NCBI GenBank assembly: GCA_013265495.1
Contig: MU060887.1
Coordinates: forward strand, 3,906,001-3,970,000
Direction of reading: 5' to 3'
Length of the DNA stretch: 64,000 bases
DNA from: Vicugna vicugna
Lineage: Eukaryota
The notes beneath the pieces are model-generated. The model was not told the origin of the DNA. It saw only the letters and a list, made by a program, of their open reading frames with translations, and did not search any database. A program made the translations under genes and the position numbers. Shown here piece by piece: positions 1 through 14,000 of the stretch (positions are counted from its first letter, which is position 1; every line of letters starts with the position of its first letter).

Positions 1-2019
1 CTCAGCCAGCAGCCTGGCCTTACTCATGTATCTCTCCAGGCCCTGGGGTTGGGGTCCATCTAAATCACAGAGTTGGGGGAGGGCTGGTTCCCTAAAAAGA
101 ATGGGGAGCTGGGGGGATGCTGGGCTGGCCATATGCCAGCTCCTGTGCACCTCCGTGCCTTGCAACCGCCTGGACCGCCTGGACCGCCTGCCTTGGGTGT
201 TGGGCGTGTGGGGTGAAGGGCAGGGCCGGGTGTCTGGGATGCCCCATGGTAGCCATGGTGTGTATAAGCCGCTGCTGTCCCCAGGGTCCCTGCAGCACTT
301 GACCCATTCACCCCCTCCTGCGGGGTTGTGGAGCAGTGGCTGCACGTCTGTGCTGGGGGTGGCTGTGTGGGGAAGCACAGGAGACCCTCCTCCCATGTAG
401 CACTTCAGTCTCAGATATCCCTCACCCCAGTGTTCGCCGTGGGCGCTGCGTGTGAGGACTGTCATGGTGAACCAGACCCAGGGAGCACAGTGGAGGGAAC
501 GGTCACCGTCAGTGGGTTGTGGCCACAGAGTCAAGACAGGCGTCTGTCGTACACTCCCCCCATGGAGTGGGGGTCCTGCAGGCTGGGGAGTGGGATGGGG
601 TCCGTTTGACCATCCCGGTCTTGCCCTTCTGCTTCTCAAGCTTCATCCCTGCCCATCTTCTTTATTCTTTATTGCCTCCTGACTGAACTCCCCACGTTGC
701 CCCTTTCCCCAGACTGTTCTCTGTGCTTCCCCCTCTCCTTTTACAACTGTCCCAGATCCTTAGCATTGCCATCCTCCGCCCCTCAGACCCCATCACTGTG
801 CGAGCCTGCCCCTCTCCCTTCCAGGCTCTTCCCCTTGAGACTTCAGCACGGTCACCTCTTCTCGGGTGTCTCCATGATGCTCTAGACCAGACATTCTGAC
901 CGCATCCCCACCTGAGTGTTCTCATGGCCAGCGAACCGTGTCCCCTTCCGGGTGGCAGTCCTGCTCTGTTAAAGCTGTTTGAGTGTAGGTTCCTGCTGGA
1001 CCTCAGCTTCCCCGACTGAGGGAAGGGCAGGGCTGTGCAGGTGCCCCCCAGATTCAGGACTCCCTGGCTTCCTATCCACCTTCTGCCCACCAGGCTCTGC
1101 TGCTGAGGGAGGCCCCAGGTGCACCCTGCAGGGCTCATGCACCCAGGCCCAAGGCAGTGAGGCAGGCGGCACCCGAGCCTCCCCGCGAGGTAAGGTGGTC
1201 CTCATCCAGAACTCCCTGGGTGGCAGCTGACTTTGGAGCTGCCGCCCACTCAGGGGCCAGCGGCAAAGGGCTGTGGATTCAGCTCCCCCGGGACGAGAGA
1301 CAGACGGTGCTGCCTGTGAAGGATGGGCACATCCCCTGGTCCAGCCATGTGACAGCCTCCCACAGCGTTTCTTCTTTCAGCAGCAGCTGTGCAAGATGGG
1401 CTCTCAGACTTTGCACAGCTCCATACATTTCTTATTAAATGGACGCTGGCTTGGAGATCCAGGTGGGATGCTGGGCTGACTTGAGGGGAGTAAGCTCTCC
1501 AAGGAGCAGGTACCATGTGGGCAGAGGTTGCAGACTGGCTGCCCCCTGGCCCCAGCTGACCTGCAGATTTGGAAAACGTAAAAATTAAAAACCTAAACCA
1601 GTCTCCAGCATTTGAAATTGGGGAGCTGCCATGTAAAGACGTGTCGTCTGTGCCTGGTTCCTGCAGTGCCACAGTTGGCAGCACTGAGCAGCGGCCGCCT
1701 GGGCACCCTGCAGCTTGCCGCGCTCCCTCCGTCAGTGCTGCGGCCTGTCCTGAGTGTGTCTTGAAGCCTTCTTATCTGTACATGTACATACACACACGGA
1801 AAAGTGCACGTTTCCTCCCATCGCGTCGAACTTTCACAAGCCGCACACTTACACGCATCCATGTCAAGAGACTGTTTTCTAAGCGATCTGATGTTCGTTT
1901 GAGTTACAGGTTTTATATTGGGTTTGTTTTTTACTTTTAACTTACTACAAACAAATGTAGCTGTGTTTACTATACGAATATAGTGTTGGGGGGAAAAACA
2001 CCAATTTTTCTTTTTGCAG

Positions 2020-2075
2020 AAAAGCCTGCCATTGCTCCGCCCGTCTTTGTGTTTCAGAAGGATAAAGGACAAAAG
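2020..2075 (+). CDS. RANBP3: RANBP3 coding exon 2 (56 nt)
   Basis: tttttgcag|AA AAG CCT...CAA AAG|gtaag; encodes (E)KPAIAPPVFVFQKDKGQK. Confidence 0.96.
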
Positions 2076-5000
2076 GTAAGGGACGCTATGTTCTCTCTTC
2101 ACGGGGTTACTCTGACTTGTTCTCCCCCAGAGCCCTCTCTCCCCAGGTCGCACGGCCGAGGATGCCTCTGCCTTCTCAGCCTGCACACTGAGCTTGGAGG
2201 GGAAAGGCCCAGAGCCTTCAGGTGCCCATAGCAGGAGGTTGAGACGGGGTGTGTGTGGACTAGGCTCAGAAACCCTGCTTGAAAAAACAGTGGTAGAAAG
2301 TGTCTTTCTCATTCCTGATGATTTGTTCTAGAAATACTTCAGGTAAACCAGCAGGAGAGGAGAGATAGGAGGGAGGAGAAGAGGGCAGGGAGGGAGGGAA
2401 GACGGAAAGAAAGGAGAGGAGAGAGTGTGGAGGTGAAGGGGGAATGTAAGATCTTTAAAGATTTGGGGGGAATTTTTTTTTGGCCCCAACCAACTTGGCG
2501 TAAACGCATTTAGAATAATCACTAGTCGGCTTGCTTTATATACTCAGCACCCGTCTTTGATGGTTGCTTCCCCCTCTTGGGTTCTAACCGTCTGGATTGT
2601 GCCCGTGTTGAAAATAACCTTTCCTCGGTCTCAGTGATGAGCCAGCAGCCTGTCGGGGGCCTGGTGGGCGCGGCAGTGCCTTCCAGCTTCGTGCAGTCCT
2701 TGGGGTTCTGTCCCTCCCTGACAAGCAGTGTGGAAGCTCAGGGTTGTGTCCAGAGTGGTTGATGTTCTGTGGTGATGCCTCCCAAGCTTATAGGAGGACT
2801 ACCCCATCTGTCCAAAACATGGGAGGTCCCTCCCCTCATGCCCAAGGACAGCAGGTGTCATTTCATCCCCCTAGCAAGACTTGAGGGTGACTAGAGGACT
2901 GCGCTGACACGGGGTGTCCTGAAACCCGTCTGTATCTTAGCGAGGACAGCATTTGAGGATCTTGTCGGCTCGGGGCTTGTGACCCACGGACGAGATGCTC
3001 CAGTCCATCTCCAGTCCCCTGGCAGGGTGGCTGGCTCTGAGTCTGGGGCCGCTGGCCTGGTGATTTGGGACTCTTGGCCACCCAGCTACTGCTTGTAAAC
3101 CCTGTCTGTCTATCTGAGAGGCCAGACTTCTCTTCTGAGCGGCCCTGCTTTCCCGGGCTGTGTTCAGGTGCTGTGCCAGGAAGGGCGTGTGTGTGTGTCC
3201 GTGCGGGGCAGGGTGGGGGACGCAGCTGCCCTAAAGCCCCACCCGTGCCCCTGCGCAAGTTACCTTTGGTGTTAGCTGGGCTTATCTGCTAGGCTCGTTT
3301 TCACATCGGTCTGTGCCGTTGTTGATTCTTTTACTAAAGAAGGCATCACAAAACCCAAGGAAGTGTTCTTCCCATTTTGCTGCAGTTTTCCAGGTGCTGT
3401 TTTCAAGATACACCAGCCCCTGCTGTCTCCTCTGCCCCGGGCCCTGACGTGCAGCGTGCAGCGTGACGGCGTGTGGTTTTGTCGTTTGTCCTCTTGAAGT
3501 TCAGTCTCTGTGAAGGGGCTGCTGCGTTTCTTCTGGGTTTTAGAAATGGATGTGTTTGGTTTCTGCTTCACATACAAAAGTCACTTCTCTGACATTTTCT
3601 GTAAAATCAGGATTTACTCGAATTTTGAATGTTATGATGATTATCTTTTGAACCACTTGTAGTTTAAAACAGGAGTCAGTCAGCAGACTGAGGCCTGCCA
3701 CCACTGCCTGTTTTTGTACATGAAGTTTTTTGGCGCACAGCCGCACCCACCCCTGCCCATGAGCTGAGGCTGCTGTCACACTGGACACAGCAGACAAAGT
3801 GGTTTGGACCAACCGTGTAGCCTGCAAAGTCGAAAGTATTTCGTATCTGGCCCTTTACAGAAAAGGTTAGTCGACTCATATTTGAAACAAGTGATAGGAA
3901 TGAATAATTCTTAAAACCTGAAGACTTTCGGACAGCCAACAGGGTGAAACACTAAAATGTGACGTTTGGCTGAATTTAAAACCTTTTTAAGTTGCTAACT
4001 GTCATTTCAGTACTGTTTTCTCCATTGAGGTGGTTCTGTTGCTTTGTGATCCAGCGCTGACTTAGGTATTTCACCTTCAGGAGGTGAGTGCAAATTGCGT
4101 ACACTGGGCGAGGCTGGCCCGGAGGGAGGAGGGCGCTGGTCATCGTCACAACGTGCAAATCAAACTGTTGACTCGGCGCCAGCTCTAGATGGGCTTCTAA
4201 AAATAACTGGCCTCCGGGTCCTCACACTCAGCCCTCCGCTCCTGTCATGCTCGTGTGACATGGTCACCGGAAGGACGCCGAAAACCTCTGTGTTTAAGGT
4301 CGGGAGCCAGAGGAGTCTGAGCCATCGGCTGGGGGTGGCCGCGTGGACCGGAGCCCCACTCCTCTCTCTGCAGCTCAGACTCGAGCCCCATGCCTCGTGT
4401 CTCCCGCGCTGGGGGAGGCGACGGGAAGGCACACCTGCAGGGAGCGGCCACCACGCTTCTGACAAAAATGCGAACCTGAGACCCTCGCTTTTTCTTCCTC
4501 TCGCCTGCGCGATTTCAGCCCTCCCTTCTCACACCACGGAGGCAGGAGTTGGGAGGATCTGTTCAGGTTGCTGTTGTCTTTTTCTGAGTGAGCTTTTCTT
4601 CCTTGTCCAACTTTTTATTTTGGAATTTTTTTCAGGTCCTTGGGAAAATTAAAATTACGGTTCCACGGACACTTGGGTGTCCTTCACTTGGCTTCAGGGT
4701 TAGCGTTTTTATCATGAACGCCCGACCGTAAGGTGTGCCCACCTGACGGTTCTCCCCCAAGTACTTCTGCAGGCATCTCCCAGGAGTAGGGCCATTCCTC
4801 TCCATGGCCCTAGTGCCATTGTCAATCCTGAGGAAATGATCCTGAACTCAGAAATACCCTCCAACACACAGTCCACGTTGAAATTATCCTAATTGTCACC
4901 AGAATCTCCCATACGGCTATTTTTTGAGCCACTCATGATCCACAAAGATCCAGAAGTCCCATTGTCAACTGCGGGACCATTAACGTCTTTCAGTAAATGG

Positions 5001-8000
5001 CCTCTCAGCCGCCCAGTGAGATGCACTCAAAGAGCCCACGTCCCCTCCGAAGATGCACACTCCACAGGCCCGGCTGTTATTACCGATTTGTGATTGAGAG
5101 AAAAGATTTGAAGTGGAAAAGAAAAAATCAGGCCGCCAGCCCAGGCATCTGGGGTTTGGTTGGGCAGTGTGGCCACACAGGAGTTTTTGTCAGTCCCACA
5201 GACGGTTCGAGTTGCGCTGGCAGCAAACCGCAGCTTGGTGGCGGTGGCCTGCCGTGGCATCACTTAGTCTCAGGACGAGGTGTCACATCCCCCTCCTGTT
5301 CCCTGTTGGAGAGAGCAGTCAGCAGCTGGAGCTCAAGTCCTAATGCCCGAATCCCAAACCCAGAGCCAGCCTGACAGCACGGGCACTGTCTCCACATCCA
5401 CCCGGGTTCCCCTGCCGCCTCAAGATGGCACTGTCCGCAGAATGCTTGAGCTTCCCTGCATTTGTGTTCGAGGGCCAAAAGTGAAACCTTCTTTTCTTAA
5501 CTGCCTTGAATGGAGACAGTTTTTTTCCTGTTCAACATGAAGAGAATTTGAATCTCCTTCTGGAGGTTGTTTCAGTGTTTGTGATGACTAAACGTTTCTT
5601 TCCTTTCCTTTGGCTTCCAGACATTTGTTTCTCTGAGGGTGGATGGCTTCGAGGCCGCCCGGCAGGGTCACGCCCTGTAGTCACGAGGCAGGCAGCGCCC
5701 CAGCAGCAGTCGCTGGGAGCGCCGGAAGCGCACTGCTGCTGTAACGGGCATCTCCTCTGTGCGTGTTTTTTATCAGCCACATACCTTTCAGGATGATGTC
5801 AAAGGCTACCAAAATCCTGGTGTCTGACTGTGACACACGTGCTGAAAAACTGCAGGCTCCGTCTTGGTTCTCTAGGGCCCATTGCTTTGCCGAGATGCTC
5901 AGACCCAGTGGGGTGCTAGAGCAGCACATGCGTTTCTCTTCGGTCCTCTGACGTAGGCTTCGTTACAAGTCTGCTGTGCACAGGGCATAGGAACATTTAT
6001 GTTCTAAAAGCAGGGATTTAAAAAAAAAATCCCAAGTGGTTCTGATTAGAGGTTGGCAGTTTCCCACAGAGCTCTGGGTCTAACTTTTCTCTCGTCAGGT
6101 GTTAAATCTCTAGCCGTAAGGCAGCAGCAGACAGGTGCGTGGGCCGCCTCGGTGCCCTGGGGCAGGCTTGAGGACCAGCTTAGGGAGGAGTTCTTTGTGT
6201 CCGCAGGTCTCCCCTGCGTAGGGCGTGTCGATATGGGTGACTTTAAGATGTATGGATGAGCTAACGTTGTGTTACTTTTCCTTTTCTAAGAATGAAAGTT
6301 CTCATAAATCCTCTTTATATAGTTCCTTTTATCCAACAGGCTCACACATTTTAAAATAGTCCCCAAGCCCTATCTAACGACGTTTCAGTCACTTCACAGT
6401 CAGGAGGAACACAGCCACATCTGCAGGGAGACAGGGTGGCCCTGTGGTCATTGGTTCACAAAGTGATAGAAACAGGCTTTGGACGATGCCAAGTGGGAGG
6501 TCTGGGGACCGGAGCCCACCTGTTTGTTCCAGGACACCAGCTTCATAACCCACTTCTTAAGAAGAGCCCTGGCCACAGAGCCCTCCGCCCATAGAAGTCC
6601 CTCCAGAGTCCCAAGAAGGATGCCAGGGGTGCTGTCCTTTCAAGGACGAAGACTTCCGGGACCAGCTTTCTCTCGCCCTAGCTCTTATCTAAATAAGCCC
6701 TTACCCAAGATGTTTGGAGTGGGCCTGGGAGAATCCTAGGCCAAGGGGCTCCCTCCTTTAGCTGAATTTCTGCTAGCTCGTTTGGTCTCCCCACATCTGC
6801 ACTCACTGAAGCCAGAAAGTGTTTCCTTCATCTCGGGTTTAAGCAGAACAAAGTGGAAGGGTGCTGGAGGAACTGTAGTGAGATGCACAAGCCCTTGGCC
6901 CTAGGTGCTCCGCTCTGTAGCCACATGGCGTCCCAGTGGGCAGACCACCTCCCCTCCTGCGTGTTTTTGAGGAGATGGGTGATTGACCCCAGGGAACAGT
7001 TTGACATAATGGCCCCTGTCCCCCCTTTGATAGAGGCACCGCCCCCAATTTGATCACCAGGAGTGTTTTTCCTCACTCACTGCCCATCAGCAGAGTATCT
7101 CCATGCCCCAGAGGCCACCTTCCAGTTTTGAAAACGAGGGTCCAGACTTCTTGCACACCTCAGAGCTCCATGCAGAGTCCAACAGCAGCAGGTCCACGTC
7201 CATTCCCCGTCAGTCCGTCCAGGGGGCTGCTTTGGTTGCACACAAGTCTATGGCACATGCAGGCTTTCTTGGCCTGTCTTCCCCGACAGGAGCTGCTGAC
7301 AGTTGAGCGTCTCCAGACCTTTGATCCCTGCCCCCTCCCCCGCCCCACGTTGCAGGCTGTACTTACATTGAAGGAAAATTGTCTTTTTTGCTCCCAGTCC
7401 TCTGCAGAGCAAAAAGACTTGTCGGATTCGGGAGAGGAGCCTCGGGGGGAGGCTGAGGCCCCCCACCATGGCACGGGTCACCCCGAGTCAGCTGGTGAGC
7501 ATGCCCTAGAGCTTCCTGCCCCCGCTAGCGCCTCCGCCAGCACTCCTGAAGCCCAGCTGCTTCCTTTTCCACGAGAACTGGCAGGGGTAAGTCCGCCTCC
7601 TCCCGGCATCCCACGGCCCGGGGCTCCCAACCCAGACCAGCGCCTTTCCCTTCGCGTCCCTCAGATCCAGACCCCAGATCGTAAGCAGCTGATGATAACT
7701 GAGAAGACGACATGGATCTCTTCAGCTCCCTTAATTCCTGCTGCTAGAAAGTCGGGAAAGAGCAAGTCCCCTTTCACATTGAGACTTTTCTCGTTGTGGG
7801 AATACATACCCATAGCAAGATGCTAATCCTGTTTCCTGAAAGAGATATGAGGGGTCAAAAGAGGAATTGAGTAGCAGGTTAGAGGTGTCCAGGTCAAATT
7901 CTGCCCCTTCTCCCTCCTTCCGTTTTTCTTTCTCCTCTCCCTGAATTTGGGCATTCAAGTTCAGTGTCTTAGAAGTACAAATAGCTCCAGCTTCCTTGAT

Positions 8001-11000
8001 CTGTAGGAAGGGGAGGTGTCTGGCACAGATTGCTTTGCAAGACCATTTGTGTTTGGACTGTGGTTAGGCTGTGAACTGCTTGTCTTCAATCAAAGCAGGA
8101 AGAAGAAAAGACTTCCTTTGAATCCAGAGGGAATCCCTTGAACCCTTTATCTTTGTCTTAAGAAGGCTTTTGAAGATTATAGGTGGAGAAGATTGGGAAC
8201 TCTCGAGAACAAGAAGTGTCTTGAGTTTTTGGAGTTTGATAAATTGGGAAAGGTAAACATTATCCTACACTCAGGATCGAAACCTTCGTCCTCTCGGTAC
8301 CTAGTGACAGAGTCCCCCATTCTCACAACAGGGACAAATTACTCTTTAACAAGAAAACAGAGGACCCCGCTCTGCCACACTGAACCCTGGGCAGCCTTCC
8401 AGGGTGTCACAGTCCCAGGCCTTACCCCAGGCCTTTCATGATTCCTTGTGTCACATCCCCAGTCTCCTGTGTCCTCAAGGAGACCACTAAAATTCACGTA
8501 GAGCCACCAAACCCTAGAATATGCGGGAAGGAATGATGCTCGGTCAAGGTGAGGTTGGAGTCGTGTTTTAATATTTTGGAGAAATCGGTCTGTGGTGGAA
8601 AAAGAAGAAACAGTCTTTACTGTGTGCTTGGGGTGGGGAGGGGGCCGTCCTTTGTGGCATAGAAGTGGGTTCGGGGCAGTGAAGTGTCTTCAGAAGCCCA
8701 GTGAAGATTCGGGCCAGGAGGTGCTTACACCAGAGTGTTGGGAGTGCAGCCCTCACACGAGGGCTGACAGCAGGGGTTAAGAGGCGATTGTTTTTTGGGT
8801 TGAGGGCAGAGCAGCCCCTGGAACCTTCTCCTGAATCAGGTGTTATGAGTTATTGTACCTTTGGCCTTCACAGGCGCAGAAAGTCGTGTTCTCGGTTCCA
8901 TGATCTTCGTGTGGATCTGCCCGAGAGGCTCCGGGCCTTCTGCTGCTGCCCGGATTTAAAAACACAGCTTCCAGGGCATCTCCAACTGAAGAGGGTGGGG
9001 GTTTTCTGTTGAGAGCAGCAAACAAGTGGAGGTTGTGTCATGCAGCTGCTCTTCCAGAGAGGCACGTAGGCCGTCGTGGGCCCCTCTTCTGTCTGATGCC
9101 CACTTGGTGAGAGCAGTTGGGCCCCACCCTGAAAGAGGCCTGTGCAGGAAGCACCGTGGGGGCCCACCTTCTGCCTGTGGCCAGGCCAGACGTTGATTTC
9201 TGAGGCCTGGCCTGTGGAACTCGGCTTCTCCATTCTTGTGGACTTTGAGTCAGTAGCTGTAATTCCAAGAAATTCAAGCAGTGCCCAGCATGACAAATGC
9301 AAGGTCCAGTGTGACGGCAGGGAACTGGAGATGGGTTCTTAAGTCACTGTGGGAGAGATACAGGACTGGGGAGCAATTTCTGAAGTACGAGCCTAGGGGC
9401 CAAGGCCATGTGTGTGTGATGTACACACATGAGCTGGTTAGTTGTAACATCCGTAGCTGTGGGAATCCCCAGTTCCGTCGAGTCCAGCCCCGCCATCGTC
9501 ATCCTCTGGTGACAGCTCTGAGTCAACTCACACTCTCAGAGGAAACCTTGTCTGGTTGCTAGTGGCTCCCGTCATTTGGCTTCTCCACTGATTGGGCCTG
9601 CTCAAGGCAAAGTCATCTTTGTTTTTTAGGTCAGTCAGGGCATTAACCAGGGCAGACGGACCCGGATCCCAGCTTCTTCGGGGGTTGATGTGTTTCTGTG
9701 GCTAACTCGGGCTAGATACTTCTGCATCAGAGCAGGTTGGGAGCCGGCTCTGTACCACACTGGAGTTCAGGACACGCCCACTTTCCCCAGCGGGTCTCAT
9801 CCCTCAAGTCTCGTCTGTTCTCTATTCCGCTATCCCTCCAGGGAATTAAAGCTGCGAGTTCTTTGTAATAAATGATGGCTTGCTAAGTTGTTGCTTATAA
9901 AGGGCCCTTATCATCTTTCGGTCTCATCAGAACTCTGGCCATTGAAGGCTCAGTACCAGGAAAAAGTCTCTATATATCAGGCTTCCTGGCTCCCAGAAGG
10001 CAGCTTGAAGGAGACCAAACCACATCCAGATTAAGTTCTCTGTTTGATCCAGAGAAAGTGAGTGTTCTCAGTGCTTACCTCCGAGCCTGGCTGAAGTCCG
10101 CTGGACTGAAGCTCTGAGCCAAGGCGCTGTCAAGCCTAACACATGTTTATGAGACCCACCAGGAAACTTAGAAAGTCTGGGACGAGTGCCTGCAGGGCAG
10201 CCTACCCCCACCCTCTGGCGTCTGCATGGGCTTTGACCCTCGTCCCGCCCTGCCCAACATTCGAATCTTGGGAGGCCGCCTCTATTTTCCATTATTCGGT
10301 GTCCCATTTTGGTACAGATTTCTGACCTGGTTCCCTCAGTCACAGAATAAACAGCATTGTCTTGGCCTGTAGTCCATGAAGACAAAGTCACCTTAGCAGG
10401 CCCCTCCCTTGGGTAGCTTTTCTCCTCAGGCGTTCGTTCCCTGCAGACGCAGCCCACAAGCTTTCTACCCAGGCAGCCCATGTGGGGGTCACCGGGTCCC
10501 AGGCAATCCAGGTGGGGTCACCGAGTCCCAGGCAGACCAGATGGGGGTCACCGGGTCCCAGGCAGACCAGATGGGGGTCACCGGGTCCCAGGCAGACCAG
10601 GTGGGGGTCACCGAGTCCCAGGCAGACCAGGTGGGGTCACCGAGTCCCAGGCAGACCAGATGGGGTCACCGAGTCCCAGGCAGTCCAGGTGGGAGTCACC
10701 GGGTCCCAGGCAGACCAGGAGGGGGTCACCCGGTCCCAGGCAGTCCAGGTGGGGTCACCGAGTCCCAGGCAGTCCAGGTGGGGGTCACTGGGTCCCAGGC
10801 AGACCAGATGGTACCTGGCATTTTCTGGGAGGAATCTCCCTGACATGGCCCTGTTTTCTGGTCTTGTCAGGGAGGCAGCGCCATTCATTCCTGCTCACTG
10901 CCCGTTTGTCTGTGTCTGTGTCTCAGCACCCTCCCTCCTCCCAGACCGGCCTGGCACCTTGTTTCCTGGAGAGCCACGTTTTGGGGGAAAGTGGCAATCC

Positions 11001-14000
11001 TTAATAAACTGAACAGTTGTCATTTTCATTGTTTCATCCTTATACAAAGAACAGAAGCATCTCATGCCTATGGTTGCCCCATCCTGGGTTAGACATTTCT
11101 CCCTGTTTTGTACTTTACGATAGGGACTTGCACACTTCATAGAGTGGGCTGCTCCTCCCGAGGTTCCAGTGGCTTCTGAGGGGAGAAGAGCGCACACTGC
11201 CTGCCCCGCCCGCCCCCAACCTTAACGCGCCCCCAGCACGCAGTCCGGGCGTGCTGATTTGTTCGTGCTGTTCTGACACCAGAAAAATACATTCAAGGGT
11301 TGTCTTTGGTCTTTTTCTCTTCTGTCTCCTCATGTGAGTGTTAACCAAGGATATTTTCATCAAAGTGTCCCGAATGGGTGCTGGGCCCAGCGTCCCCCAG
11401 GTGACTTCCTGAAGCCCTAATCCTCGCAGAGGTGGCTTCTGGGGTGGGAAGACACGGAGGAGATGGGCCTTCCACACCCTACTTGTGTCCTCGCTCCTCC
11501 CAGACGTGCAGATCCAGAAAGCCTGCTCTTCAGAGCCTCTTTATGGGGTCCCTGTAGTGTGGCCCCTGGGCTTTGGGCTGCAGGCTTCTAGGGTCCAAGG
11601 AGCTGGACAGGCAGAGCCTGACCCCATGTGTGTCCAGACATGTTCCAGACTGACCCCTGGAGAACAGCTCCCTTGGTTGGGCAAGGGGTGGCCCCCAGAT
11701 GAGTGTGACGTGGAAGAGGCCCTGTCCACCAGGCTGCTGTGTCTGCGGGCAGAGCTGGCATTGGCCTTCTGTGGGGCCAGGGCAGCCACACCAGGCCCCT
11801 TCCTGCTTTGGGGGAAGGCAGCGGGAAGCAGCCAGGCCCGGGCGTCAAGCTCTGGCTTTCCCCGGCCAGGGCAGGCGCAGGCACAGCTGTGGAGGATGTC
11901 AGCTGTCGGGCCGGCTTCTCCAAAGGCAAGCGGACATGACCTGGCCTTGCGTTCTGCCTCTCTGCTCTCTTACACTAGTTCCTGTTGAGCAGACTTGCTG
12001 GTGTCACTTTGCTCACTGCTTCTGAATCGGCTGTTTCAGACCCCACAGGGGGTTCCAGCAGCTTCTGGAAGGTCCTCCCAGTAGGGAACTTTTCCTGTGT
12101 TGTCCTTCCCAGGCCTTGGCCTCCCAGCCTTTCCACGACCAGGAGATCTGCCACAGGCCTGTGGGCTGGTTCTTGAGTAGACTCAGGGTGTGGGTTTAAG
12201 GGTCTCCTGGGGTTGGGGGGTCTAGGAGCATCTGATCTCCTCTGGCCGGTGCCCTTTCCTCTCCAGGTGACCAAAGGGCTGTGGCAGAGGACACGGCTCC
12301 GTTTCTGCAGTAGGTAACTTGCCAAGCGTCTTTCGTGTGGTGTCCTGAGTGTTGGGTGTATGGGCTGCGAGCGGAACAGACAGGGCAGGGCCTCACGGCG
12401 GCAGCAGACAGACACAGTAGATAGCGTCCAGTTTTGTGACACACAAGCAGGGTAGAGGCCTGAGAGAGGCTGGAGGGCTGGGTGGAGAGGAGGTGCCTCC
12501 GCTGGCCGGAGTGGCCCATGAGCGTAGGGGAGTGCACGGAGGAGGAATGGACAAGAGAGGATTTGGTCACAGTGTTGGAGACTCAGTGCCCCAGTTTCAG
12601 GGATCAGACACTGAACGTCCAGACAGAAGCAGGACGCAGCAGAGAGGACCTGACAGCCGCAGAGCTCGCAGTCCTGAGGGCATGGGGGATGGCTCCAGGA
12701 CAGGCCACTTGCTCAGCCACAAAACAGGACATGATACATTTAGTTCCGGTAGCAGGAAAAACCCTGGGATCGTCACACGTGTGGAAATGAACCTAGGGAG
12801 CCAGCGAGGAGGCCTCTGGAGAGCGAGGTGGTGGGCAGCCAGCCTCAGGCCTCACAGCTCTCAGGTCCATTGCTCTGTGTATAGCTTGGGGGATGCGTGC
12901 CCTGGCTGCTTCTCCGAGGCCGGCGGAGCGCCTGGGGTCCACGTGCTTTCACTAAACCCAAGCCATGCGAGCCCCCGTGGTGTCCTGGAGGCCAGGACAC
13001 TTTTGAAACTTAGAGGCCCCTGGGGGACCCTGACACAGACCACATGACTGGGATAAGGACCACAGAGAAGCTCAGGGAGCCGTGAGGCCACCAGCCCGAA
13101 GGGTTTGTTCTCATCTGGGGGGTCAGGGAAGAGAGAGTGGAGACAGGAGTGTGTCAGCGGGAGAGGGAGCAGTGTCTGCAGAGGCCAGAGAGAGTGTCCG
13201 TCTCCAGGGGATCAGACGGGGCTTCGGCATTTCTGTTTTAATTTGGAGACATTTTTCCTGGTTCTCCAGGCCCGTGACCCCTGAGGCCCAGACCACAGTC
13301 CTCTTCTGCGCCTGTCCCCCTCTCGGCCATGCAGGAAGCTGCGTATCCCACAGGCCCCTTGAGGCTGCCACGGGCTGGTTTGGTAGAGTCGAAATGCTTG
13401 TTGGCGTGGGCGGGAGCGGGCTGGGGATGGCTGGGCCGCTGTGGAGGAGGGGGAGGTACCTGGAGCTTCACCTTGAGGGTGTCACCTGAGGTGGGGAAGT
13501 TCTGGACAGGAGGCCTTGATGTTTTGGGGATGAGGCTCCAGGATGTGAGTGTGGCCGGCAGGATGGTGCTGCAGGGGTGCGGCTCAGCCCCCAGAGAGCT
13601 GGACCCTCTTCCTCACCCCTCCGAGAGTCCCTGTCCCGGTCCTTCACCTGACTCTTCCTCACACCCACCCTGAGCTGCAGCCCTGCTCCACCTGCCCTGC
13701 GGCACCCCCTGTGGAGGAAGCGCCAGCACCTCCGTTTTCCATGGAAGGAAGGGGAAGCCCGGCCCAGTGACACAGTTTGCCCGGGTTCATCTTTAGGAAG
13801 TGGCCGAGCAGGGAGATGCTGACTAGGCTCCACAGGCCTTCACCTCGGCTCTCGAGCTCTGGCTGCCCCTTTGTGCCTGTCAGGGGCCAGCCTGCTTGAT
13901 TCCTCGGGTGCTTTACTTTGTTTTGGGCCCTGAGGGTGTGTTTCCCAGCCTCTGATGGGCGGTCCCTGGTGGGGAGGGCGGAGACCAGTTGGGTGCCTTT

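Noticed and set aside
166-190. Three-copy 9-mer CCGCCTGGA repeat
   Set aside because: Short slippage repeat in RANBP3 intron 1 with no supporting context.
2634-3691. Possible C/D-box snoRNAs (GTGATGA 2634 with CTGA 2718; ATGATGA 3634 with CTGA 3688)
   Set aside because: No terminal stem, no clear C'/D' boxes and no recognisable rRNA antisense element; these motifs are expected by chance.
7398-7407. Alternative acceptor (tgcAG at 7406-7407) in RANBP3 exon 3
   Set aside because: It would remove 10 nt and shift the frame; the upstream AG has the better pyrimidine tract and restores the known protein.
10483-10808. CRISPR array
   Set aside because: Contiguous tandem units without unique spacers, in a vertebrate intron.
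10409-11012. Three overlapping repetitive ORFs (144-176 aa)
   Set aside because: Produced by the stop-free 29/30-bp minisatellite; no splice or start context.
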